Both the position numbers and the translations under genes were made by a program. From Oikopleura dioica (taxonomy: Eukaryota > Animalia > Chordata), in NCBI GenBank assembly GCA_907165135.1, contig OU015567.1:6510001-6574000 (forward strand): 64,000 nucleotides of DNA, read 5' to 3'. Positions 23,508 to 34,382 of this stretch are shown here, piece by piece. Positions within the stretch are counted from its first letter, which is position 1. Every line of letters starts with the position of its first letter. Under the pieces are notes generated by a model, which saw only the letters and a program-made list of their open reading frames with translations, was not told where the DNA came from and ran no database searches.

Positions 23508-24119
23508 AACTCTTACAATTTTGATTGCTGCTCGTATCCGTTTATACCTGTAATGACTAATAATAAAATATCTATTATTCAAAGATCATAAGTTGTACTG
23601 TTCTCTTCCTTGATTGCAATTTCAAATATAGGCGACTTTGGAGGATTTAATGAACCATTAAATATATTTTTTGTACACTTGAAGTTGCTTGAACAGTGTT
23701 TTGCGCGATAGTTACAGAAGGAGGGCAAAACAAACAATCAGAATATGACAGAATTTGAAAATTGAAATACAACAAAGATGATAAAATGACAGTTAAAAAG
23801 GACCCTTTTGCCTCTCATTTTTGGCTATCTGGGCAGAAAAAGATACTCAGACAGCCAAGTTTAGGAGCTCGGGGTCGTAAAATACAAACTTACTGTAATA
23901 AAGCAAGTACAGTACTTGATAAGATAGGCTAATAGGCACCGGCAGTTGGTGAAGTGTTTGAAATTGATGCCAGAGACGTTCTTGGTTGGTAAAATGTCAT
24001 CAAGATAAGGCTCAAAGGTTTGAGATAGGAAAGGGATCAAAACGGGGGGTACAGATGCGCGTCCTTTACTGTACCAATTTAGGAACGAGCGTTTTTCTTG
24101 ATAGTAATAAAGGTGGTAT

Positions 24120-24653
24120 GCGGTCATGTGGGTATTATACCCGCGTTCACTGTTCCCCCCGAACGTGGGTATTTATACCCACGTTCACTCTTTCTTCCGA
24201 ACATGGGTATTCGATACCCACGTTCACACTAACTGGCGAACGTGGGTATTTTCCAGGCGTTTTGAGAACAGTTCTGTTCTAGAGCCTCATCTGTTTCGAT
24301 GAAGGCGGGAAACACACCGATTACCGGACGTACAAAAAGGTTCATTTTACAGCTCTAACTTGAAAAATTTTGGAGAATCCTTCAAGACAGGCGCGGAGCG
24401 CATACTGTCTCCGACTTGAGAACCAGCTTCGGCCGCTGACCGGGCTGTCCTGCACCCTTAACGCTGGACTTGTCTTTTTGAGGTTAAACGTTATGTTTCT
24501 AGAGCAAGTTATTTTATATACCACCGTTCAAACAAAATTTCATTTATTGAACGTGGGTATTTATACCCGCATTCGGACATTTGAGCGAACGTGGGTATTA
24601 ATACCCTCGTTCGAGAAATCACTGAACGTTGGTATAAATACCCACATGACCGC
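24120..24653. mobile_element. 534-bp MITE with arms built of GAACGTGGGTATTTATACCCACGTTC palindromes
   Basis: TIR GCGGTCATGTGGGTAT at both ends; 3-4 imperfect 26-bp palindromes per arm. Confidence 0.8.
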
Positions 24654-24788
24654 TTACAACCAGTAATAAATAGTAGTAAAACGCGCTAATTTCAAAATGC
24701 CTAGGATTGAATTGACTCGATTATAATTAATTTCTAACGATAGAAGTAGCACGCGACGAATTTTAAACTCGACGCCGCAATAGTAATT

Positions 24789-27700
24789 TTACGTGTCCAG
24801 ATTTGTCGATGGCGTAATGCCTAATGCCCTTACACGCTCGTTGAAGAGCTGCCGTGTGAACCAGTAAAAGTCAATTTCGTAGCTGAGCGTGTTCTTTTCC
24901 AAGTAATCCCGCGCGAAATCCGAGAGGGGCTCCTTGTCTGATGTTTTTGTTTGGTTGCGCCGGAACTGGATATCTGAAAATGTCAGGTGAAAATTACTGG
25001 GCGAAAATATGGCTCAGGAGATTTGTCACTGTGGCGGCTTCACAAGTTGCTTAATTATGAAACTTAAAATAAACGATTTTTTTCAACCCAATTCCGAAAA
25101 TTTGGGACTAAACCAATTTATGGAAGTGCATTTTTGGATTACGAATAAGATTGCTACATTTGGCCTACCGGCAAATCAAAACCCTGATCCATAAAATCAA
25201 CTCCACAAATTGGTTTAACCCAAATTTTATGCCATTGCGGTCCTAAGATTGTCGATGAAACTTGCGAATGGGGCTCAAGATTGTCGATTTTTGAATTTGA
25301 TCGGACTCTTATTGACCGAAAGATGATTATCAAATCAAAAATCGTCAATCTTGGCCTCATTCTCGCCAGTTTTATCGACAATCTTAGACCCGCTGTCACC
25401 AAATTTCGCAGAGGAAAGCCAATTCAGTAGAACTTGAAAGCCCTATCAACTTACAGTCAGATTTCCATGCGTCCATGGCGCCCTTGTAAAACATCGGAAG
25501 CATCGTTTCAAAAAGCTGCAGCGTGTCTTCAAACTGCTCCAAAATTCCAACGATGAAGTAGTCGTTCACCACTCGGCGTTTGACGATTTCTAGCACCTGA
25601 CGTTTCACGTCCAAATCGCCCGAGTCGTAAGCTGCTTTCATCCTAAAATTGTTCATTATTTTCCGCGCTGTGGATCACTGTAACTCACGTTGCACAGAGC
25701 TTTTCTGAACCGCAGAAAAACTCGATGTAGGTCCACTGGTTGCTCACACAGTTCTTTTCTTTGTTTTTGATACAATCGTCAATGTCCTTAATACTTCCTG
25801 TTACAAGAGAATCTTTCTGAAATGGGCCACCGGTCGGTGGCTTGTCAAAAATTTGGTAAGCCCAAAAAAGGGCTTGCGCTGATTGGCTCTGCTAATGGAG
25901 CACTTGTTCCCAAGGAAGTCTGGCTTCGAAAAATCGGTGTTTTCAGGCGGTAAAACGACTTATGATTTCTGTTGGAAAATGATGATGGGGCCACCGATCG
26001 GTGGCTTGTCAAAAATTTTACAGGTAACTATGGCAGTAGTTACCTGTGCTCTCTGATTGGCCCACGCTCTTTTGCGCGCGTTATGAAAGGATCGCCTGAG
26101 CCAAAATCGCTGTTTTCAGGCGGTAAGTCCACTTATGGTTTTTGTTAAAAAATAATAACCAGGTTGAGTGGAAAACTAGAAAAAGAGGGCCACCGGTCGG
26201 TGGCTTGACAAAAATTTGATCAACCCAAAAAAGGGTTTTTTTCTCTCACTTTTGGCGCTTATTGGCGCGCGCGCTGCATAGGGTTAACAATGACCGAAAA
26301 GCGGTGTTTTCAGGCGTTAAGCATACTTATGGTTACTGTAAGAAATGTTGAAAAACTAAATGATTGAAACTTACAGAGCCAAGTTTTGGATCATTTTCGC
26401 TGCGGCCCTTATTCATTCCAAATCGCATAAAAGTGTAGTGACTCTGGAACCAGGCGATGGGGTCGCGAATCATGTTCACAAAGGTCGGCTGATGCATCGA
26501 GTATCTAAAAGAAGAAAAGCTTATAAAAGAAAGTCATCTCGACCGCAGAAACACGTGTCGCGCTGTGTTTTTTGAAAGTTGTGATTTGCGGCTTTCCAAA
26601 AAGACACGCATTTTATGTACGATACATCTTGACTTTCGTGTTATGTAAAAGTGCTTACTTGTTGAAATCCATCCAGAAATGATGCTGAAGGAGGAAAAAG
26701 GGCTCTCGGTAGCGCATTTTCAAGGCTTGGATTAACGTTTCTTCGTCAGTAAATTTCATTACGCCGCTCATGATCTAAAAATAAGGTTAAGGTTTGGGCA
26801 ACAATACAGAATCGATAATGAGCTTTCATCAAGCTTCTCATTAGCCAGACGAAAAGCAGAGATTTCTGGACCAATCAGACGCTTGATAGAAATTTTCGTT
26901 ATCAAAAGAGCCATTGGAGTGAATAATTCTTATGTATAAAACACTGTAGATATGACTGTATGATACAGTCATCATGAATAATGATTCTTCACTACAATGG
27001 CTCTTTTCGATAACGAAAGTTTTCATCTAGCCTCTGATTGGTCCAAAAACCTTCATTTTGCGCTTGGCCAATCAGAAGCTTGATAAAAAATCATTATCGA
27101 GAGTATCGATTGTAGACTTTTTGATGTTTATTTTTTAATTAATTGTTTACCTTCCAATACGTAAAATTATTCTTCCGACTTAGCAAGCCGACAATATTAT
27201 GCATCGTTGTCGATCCGCACTTTGGAAGTTTGTTGTGAAAGACGAATTTCGTATTTGGAACGGGAGCGAAGTAGTCCACGTCGTAGGAGTATTTGCGCTG
27301 GGCGGGCGGGAGGCCCTCTCCAGAAGTCAGTTTCCAGCCGGGCGAGTCTGCGCCCCAGATGGACGAGAGCTCCTTAGACACGCCACCGCCAAGACCCGCT
27401 GAATAAACGGTAAATAAGCGCAATTAAAACTACTTCTGTCTAAACAACACCAAGAAAGCTACAAGTAGACAAGCAACACAAGAAAAAATGCTTCAAAGAA
27501 AAAAATTAAGGGCGTCATCACGATATTTATATAAAAACAAAATTAAGAGCAGAGTTCAAGTAATCGCTGGGTACGATGAAAAAACTACAGTACCACCAGT
27601 TTTCAAATTCGAAGAATCGCTAGAATTAATCGAAGCAATGATGGAGAATGACATGGTTGACATTCCATCATTTTGAGCCGAAACATGCAAACTAACACGC

Positions 27701-28507
27701 AACAGAGCATTTCTACGCATAAATATTTGACATAACATGCAATCAAACACAATGACTACAGTAAGAGTTGTTTCCAAACCTGCAGGGTTAGCATTATCTG
27801 TAAGGAATCAGGTTAGTGTCACGGTTTTCCTGACCATGGTTCATTTTGGTCGGATTTTTGGTTTCAAGAAAAAGCTGTGATTCTTATTGGTCATTTTATT
27901 CACCGAAACAATCTGATTGGCGAGTTTTTCGATTCTGAAATCTGATTGGAAGACGCTCCAAAGGAGAAATTTTGATTGGTTTTTCGAAGAATTTTTTCAT
28001 ATTTATTCAAATTCTGCAATTTTCGATTGTTTGGATAAATAAAAACCAATTCAATTTAATAAAATTGTGGTCTCACCTGCAACGGATTCGACTTCCTTCT
28101 CCGCCCATACAATTTCTTCCTCGACAGCTTCGACATCTTGTTTGACGACTTCAATTACCTCCTCCTCCACCTCGCGCACTTCGTTTATGATTTCCCGGAA
28201 GAAGCCAACATTTTCTTGCTGAATAAATTGGTTAAAAAAGAAGAGAAAATGGCGCCCTCAAATTAATCCAATCAATTTATCATCATTAGCCAAACAAAGT
28301 ATCAAGAAACAAGAAAATGTCAAGTTCAATGATTACCTGCGCCCTCAGCGAGTTGAGCATGTGTTCATGTCGCTTGAGAGTCCCGGAGCGTATCGAGTGC
28401 CAGACGTGCATTGTGCAAAATAAAAATATTCCAGAGCCAAGTGCGAGGTAGTACTTCTGACGTGCATTTCCCTTTCGATGGATCGCAATTTTATAATAAC
28501 TATTCAT
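24789..28507 (-). CDS. Heparan/uronyl 2-O-sulfotransferase-like protein (HS2ST/UST family)
   Basis: N-terminal TM YYLALGSGIFLFCTMHVW; 5'-PAPS-binding FVFHNKLPKCGSTT; KRRVVNDYFIVGILEQFEDTLQLFETMLPMFY; LSYEIDFYWFTRQLFNER. Confidence 0.85.
25101..25240. repeat. Fold-back repeat family member (others at 36401-36540 and 52866-53040)
   Basis: Shared GGACTAAACCAATTTAT.GAAGTGCATTTTTGGAT and AATAAGATTGCT..ATTTGGCCT..GGC.AATCAAAACCC segments; the 52866 copy is an internal palindrome. Confidence 0.7.
25820..26350. repeat. Three diverged ~170-200 bp tandem units in a sulfotransferase intron
   Basis: GGGCCACCG(G/A)TCGGTGGCTTG(T/A)CAAAAATTT at about 25824, 25988 and 26188, each followed by TTTTCAGGCG.TAA...CTTATG. 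Confidence 0.75.
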
Positions 28508-28595
28508 TTTCCTGAAATTGCCAATGTTCAATTTGCATTTTTTGCTTTGAAATGACCCGTTATACCCTTAATTTTTCGATTTTTGAGTACTATGT

Positions 28596-28769
28596 TTGCT
28601 CAAAAACCTATTTGGAAACCTGAGTCAGGGTCTGAGTCAGGGAAAAATAGCCGCATCGCGGCTTTTTCGAAAACGAAGCCGCATAGAGGCTTCGCCAAAA
28701 TAATCATCAAAACCAATTTCCTGATTCTGTTTTTCTCCTGACTCAGGTTTTTACCCAGTTGAGCAGAAG
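28596..28769. mobile_element. MITE family with CCTGAGTCAGG arms (other copies 39528-40149, 41670-41853, 42598-42817)
   Basis: Inverted arms CTG(T/A)GTAGAAAACCTGAGTCAGG; internal palindromes GAAGCCGCTTTGCGGCTTC and AAGCCGCTACGCGGCTT. Confidence 0.8.
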
Positions 28770-30265
28770 AAGCTTGCGAAGCTGATAAGAATTTTACGTT
28801 TTACTTCAAAGGATAATTTATTCGAAGCTGTTTTCACACCCGGACGCTTTAGCAAAAATATTTGATAACACCTGCATAGTACGGGAAAAATGAGATTTCC
28901 AGCCGTCAATTTCATGGCCATTCTTTTAGAATGATTCTTTGGCGTATCAGTTGCTATCAAGAGTACTGTATGCTTTTATCGATGTAAGCGAGCGCTTAGC
29001 AGTGAAAATATTGGCGGAGCGGAGCCGCAGGCCGTGTAGAACTTGCTACTTTCCTTGATGAAAAACCGCGTCTCATTATCACCTCATTCGGTTGCTACTA
29101 CTCTTCCGCCACCTTGAAGGGGTGGCGTTCTGGACTTGTTGATTTGTTCACGTAATTACGTGCCAGACATCGCTAATAGGATATGTTTATATAAACAAGT
29201 CATTAATTAAGTGCTTCGTCTAACTCTGGTTCTTTTTGGTCTTAAGGAGGTACCTTAAGAAAAGATCATTTTGATGAGGAGCTAATTCAAGAACCGCTAG
29301 AATTTTAGAATTTTAGGAGATTTCGGAAAAAGCGTAACTGGCTGCGGTTTTTGAAAAGATGAAGGGCCCGATTCCGAAATTGGATTTTCTCAAAATCAGC
29401 GCAGTGGTAAATATTCCCACGAAAAATGCACGCCGGAATGGCACCCCTTTTTCCTCCTTTTTCGAACGTATTTTTACGATGATTTGAAAGTATTATAATT
29501 TTAGGATGAACACATCACGTGATCTACTCTAGAACCAGGTAAACAAAGAAGATACCAGACGAACAAGGAGATATACAGGCAGATTTACGTTGAAGCTTCT
29601 TGGCTCTTGAAGAAAAAATGCGGCCAGAGCGCCTCCTCCGCGCCAAATCGGGGATAAAAGGATTTTTAAAACTAGGGATTAGTCTAGTGCCTCAACAACT
29701 TTTCGCAATTTTCAACATTCCGAAAGTTTTTTCCTTTTCAAAAATTTGAAAAATGATGCTTTCACCAGCTTTTGAAGGAAAAAGCTTGTTGACCAAAAGA
29801 TTGGCAAAAGACGGCTCCGGGTTAAACTCAAAATTTTACTTTTTATGACCGGAAATCAAGCTTGATTCCGAGTGAGTGTGAATCTCATATTCTGTCGCGT
29901 GTGTGGATTGGAAAGATTCCAAACGCGGCATTTTCTCGTTCGCCCATCTGCAGAATTTCAAATTTCCTGCCGTCATAAAAAATCATCACAACTTCCCGCA
30001 GAGGAACTCGCTTTCACACTATTTCAATATTTTCGCAGCTCGTCGATCCGTTCCTTTACTACGCTTCTGACTTTTCTCGAGCTCACTCTCATCTCAATTT
30101 ATTTACAGTCAGTCGCTTCTTCTATTTCTTCTCTAAATTTCAAAATCGGAATTTTCAAATTCGAAATCCCGATTATTTTTTTCTTCTTCAAACGTTCATT
30201 CTTCTTCTTGGTCTTCTTGAATCTCTTATTTTAGAAAAAAAAGACTAATTGACAAATTTGTTATT

Positions 30266-30435
30266 TACTACTACTACTACCGGTCGCCCCGATAAGCTGT
30301 CGGTTTTCGCCGATTTTCGGAGCTATTTCGGATTTTTCGTTGTTTAGTGGCGGCGAGCACCACACCGGCCCCCCGCGCTGCCCGAAGTTCAGCGTACGGG
30401 GCCGCGAGGCACTCCACCTCCACCACCACACCAAA
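30266..30435 (-). other. GC-rich, strand-specifically foldable island with a (GTA)5 tail; candidate ncRNA or SINE/LINE 3' end
   Basis: 77-nt hairpin 30423-30347 capped by cUUCGg, with G-U pairs only on the minus strand; second fold 30333-30281; tail 30280-30266. Confidence 0.45.
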
Positions 30436-31497
30436 CAAGCTCGATTCTCATAATACTAGAAGAATCTATTTTATCATTCATGCTCAATTATGTTTACCAA
30501 ATAGCGCCTGCTTCACATTTACCCCCGATTTTAGCCGCGACATTGACCATAATTACGATCTGAAGAGATGAAGATTCATGAAAAATGGAGCAGTAAACTT
30601 AGTTACGGGGAAATATGAAAAATGGCTTTTGCTCTTCCTGGCGCCAAATAGAAAATTACGAATTCCACGAACTTGAGAGCTCGAGGGAAAAGGCCATGTG
30701 TAGATAATTCAAGATTTTTCGGTACTTTGATGCTCCAGAGGGCCATCAGCTGCTAGAACATCTGTTGGGCTTGATATAAGACAAATTCTGGCTCATGAAA
30801 ATTATCAGTTTGAAAATGAAGCGGAAGAACTAGCTAAAAATCTAGATTCTGAGACTTTTTGTTTATTGATTTATAAAATGAAAAACTTCATATTAAGTAC
30901 CTAGTCGAACTTTTATTGATGGTTAGTGATTATCTAACTGCAAAAAAATATAATGTCTTCATCTGCAATTTGTTTCAAATTCTTGTTATTGATTCAATCA
31001 TGGAAATAGTAACGACTCATTTTCCATGCAACAATGAATATTAGATCGTAGGATATTTGAATTGTGATTTCTTGTTGTCTCCATCATTCATAATCATTTT
31101 CGAGCTTGGAAATATATTTTAAGAAGAAAATATATTCTTGGAAAGGAAGAGTGTGAACTTGAGCGCAATAAAAACCGGAAGCGAGCTCTATAATCCCGTG
31201 ATAAACTTGACTAAATACAAAATCGAGGATTTGAAAGAGAACGAATTCGCTTCTTTGTGGCAGCGCGTGAATCGTACGGCCGGGGTCAACGACTCCTACC
31301 GACGCACTGAAAGACGATTATTGTTTAACTCAAATATATTAAATCTGAAATACTTAAATACGCGCCGACGCTACATTTGTCAAACATTTCAAATAAAAGG
31401 AAAAAGAGCGAAAGCGGAAATTCTTTTAAAACACGGCGGTTCGGATTTTTCACTTGAAGAAAGATTGAAGATTGAGAAAAAAGAGGAGGTTGAAAAA

Positions 31498-34168
31498 ATG
31501 GCGGATTCGAACTTGGAGGACCCGAAAAAGGAAGAAAAACAAAATGGGCTGGAAAGAGTTCTCGAGTGCTTTCCGGAAATGTCGTGGTACCATTTTGGGG
31601 AGAGGTGCGAAAATTTCAGACGACCCTTTTTTAGTTCATAATTTAGATTTTTGGAAAATGCGAAAATCAAAGAAAGGTTTTAAAAGTTGTAAAATGGAAT
31701 AAAACTTAGCTTTTTTCCAGAAATTTTTCGTCAAAAAACACCATAAAGCTTTAATAGTTAATTTTTATTTCTAATTTTAATCAAACTCTTCCTTGATTTC
31801 AATTAAAGACGTTGAGTAAAAAGATATCTTCCTCGAATTTATTCTTTCATGACATCATGCTGATTATTATATTCAGAATATACCTATATTTCTGAAATTC
31901 AAATTTCGAGCAGAATGGTTATATTTGCACAGGTCAGCAATTCGCCGTCCTCAAGAGGAATTCCTCATTTGCTCTTTTTTCTTTCGCACCTCGCTGACAG
32001 ATTGTTCGCTTACTGTTACTACGGCTACATGGGAGTAGCCACAGCTGTTGCGGGCAACATTTTCTATCAATATCGCCCGAGCGAGATTTCTTGCGACTTG
32101 GGCGAGGTCTCTGAAGAATACGCTCTTTTTGCCTCGCAGAATTTAACCGGTGAAGATGCTCTTTGTAAATATTATCAACCAACCGGCTGTGCTGCTGGAA
32201 ATGGAAATGTATCGACTTGGGATGAGGACACTTTGGAGGAGTGTTTTGCAGAAAAAGAGCTTGCTGAATGCACCAGTTTCAAATACGCCGATCATAATTT
32301 TAATAAAACACTTGTCTCAGGTACAAAAATTAACTGGAATTCTAATTGATGCAAAATCGAGAAGCCGCTTGCGGCTTCGAGCAAAACAGGAAAGAAAAGC
32401 CGCGTTTTGCGCGGCTTAAGGGTGTCAACTTCGATTGAGTAAGGGTATCTCTTATGAGTCGAACGAATGCCAAAATCGATGTTGACACCCTTAAGCCGCG
32501 TAAAACGCGGCTTTTCTTTCATGTTTCGCTCGAAGCCGCAAGCGCCTTCTCGATTTTTTGCGGCTACAATCAAAATTCCAGCGAAGTTTTACCTGTCAGA
32601 AATGAGAATAATTATATTTCAGAATATAATTTGGTTTGTGGCAAGAAAACGATGCCGCTAATCTTCATCATGTTATTCAACGTCGGACTTATGGTCGGCC
32701 CGATCGTCGCTGGAAAAGTATCGGATAAACTTGGACGAACGAAAACGATATCCTTCGGTGCTTTGGCTTGTGTTTCGTTAAATTTGCTTATTGGAATCAC
32801 TGACGTAGGCGCGTGGGGATACGGTCTTTTGAGGATCTTTACCGTCATTTGCTCGTTGGTGCTTGCTCTGCCCTCGATGGTCTATCCTTCAGAAGTTCTC
32901 ACGCCGAAGTACCGATCAATGGGAGCAATGCTGGTGGTCGCCACTGCTCTCGGCGCTGGAATCTTGATCGTTGTGGCGATCGCCTGGTTCATTCGAGACT
33001 GGAGAACGCTTCATATCTTCTCATCCCTCGTGAACGTCCCTTCTATTTTCGCGCCTTTGATCATGCCCGAAAGTTACCGATGGCTCTACCAGAACAAGAG
33101 ATTTGATGAAGCAGAAAAGGCGCTTATGCACATGTCGGCAAAAACCGGCGGAAACGTCACGCAGGAGATCTTAAATGAAATCAAGGAAGAAATCCAAAAG
33201 AAAGAAAAAGAAGAGGGCGACGTGGAAATAACAGTAGAAGAAACGCTGAGCCAAAATGCTCAAGTCAAAAGGACAACTCTGACGCTGACATTCTGCCAGT
33301 TCATCCGAGGGCTGATCCAGTTTTACCTGCTTTACACCGTCGCTAGTCTCGGCGGAGATTTCTGGGTCAATAACATTATCAACAATATCATCGGATTTCC
33401 CGGTAAACTTTCAATCCCTCCTCTTCCATTTTCACCCCTTTCTAGCATGCTTTGTCTGTATCTGGATGATGAACACCCGCGCTTTTGGTCGAAAAGGAGC
33501 ATTTATTTTCGGACTCGCCTGTTGCTCGATTTCCCAGCTTCTTCGACTCGGATCACTGCTCATTGACAGTACTTTGTGCGCGATGATAGCTTCCTATCTT
33601 GGCCTCTTCGGAGCCATGGGATCAATGGCGGTTGGACAAGCCTACACTTCAGGAACGAGGAAAACACAAATATATAATTCTAATTTCATTTATCATTTGT
33701 TTATTCGTGATTTATTCACCTCGCGATAAGAGCTCTTCCCGACAACTGTTAGAATCAAAGGTCAGTGAATCCGAATTATTTTCTTTTAACCCCGTTTAGC
33801 AACGGCGGTTATCTACACTGGTGCGATGGGTGGCTCCTTTTTGGTTCCAATTTGGATGGTCTTCGATAATTTCATCCCCTGGCTGGCCACTTCGCTCAAT
33901 TTTGCTCTCATGAGCATTGGAGGTTTGTTCTCTTCAACCTTGATTTATCAGCCCTTTTTTGTAGCATTTATGTGCTTCAAACTCCCAGAAACATTCGGCA
34001 ATCCAATGACAGAAACCATCGCCGATTTTGAGAAGATTTACGAAAACAAAACGCACCCACTCGACGAGCCAGACTCTGAAGTAGACAACGATTGCATTTT
34101 TTGGTCTCTTACTTTGTTGTTTTTAGGAACTGCTTCTCAAAAAACCCGACAGCCCACCACTAAATTAG
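31498..34168 (+). CDS. SLC22 organic cation/anion transporter-like MFS protein
   Basis: GLERVLECFPEMSWYHFGER|LFAY; EYNLVCGK; GKVSDKLGRTK; YPSEVLTPKYRS; MPESYRWL; FGRK; YTS|ELFPTTVR; KLPETFGNPMTETI. Confidence 0.9.
32350..32561. mobile_element. About 210-bp palindromic MITE in an SLC22 intron, with a 71-bp TTAA|GGGTGTC element (32420-32490) at its centre
   Basis: Arms GCAAAATCGAGAAGCCGCTTGCGGCTTCGAGC..AAAAGCCGCGTTTTGCGCGGC and their reverse complement; TTAA at 32416-32419 and 32491-32494. Confidence 0.85.
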
Positions 34169-34303
34169 ATCGATGCCGCTAAAAGGTCAATGACTTGGAG
34201 CATTCCCTGCACCAAATAAGCTGGAATACGAACTTCGTTGTATAGAATTAATAAAATATTAATAATAAATAAATTATTTCAAAACTTGTCAGTTTTGAGG
34301 GGT

Positions 34304-34382
34304 ACTGAATTGTGCCGCTCTGTGCCGGTTAGATTTGGCGGTACTCGGCGGCACAGGACGGCGCAGAGCGGCACAATTCAGT
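34304..34382. repeat. 79-bp fold-back (mini-MITE-like)
   Basis: ACTGAATTGTGCCGCTCTG ... CAGAGCGGCACAATTCAGT perfect 19-bp inverted repeat. Confidence 0.75.

Noticed and set aside
29870-31480. Protein-like fragments on both strands, including the first 120 codons of ORF 31138-31641
   Set aside because: Frames are broken by stops, with no recognisable motif or consistent splice model; only the part from ATG 31498 is assigned (SLC22 exon 1)
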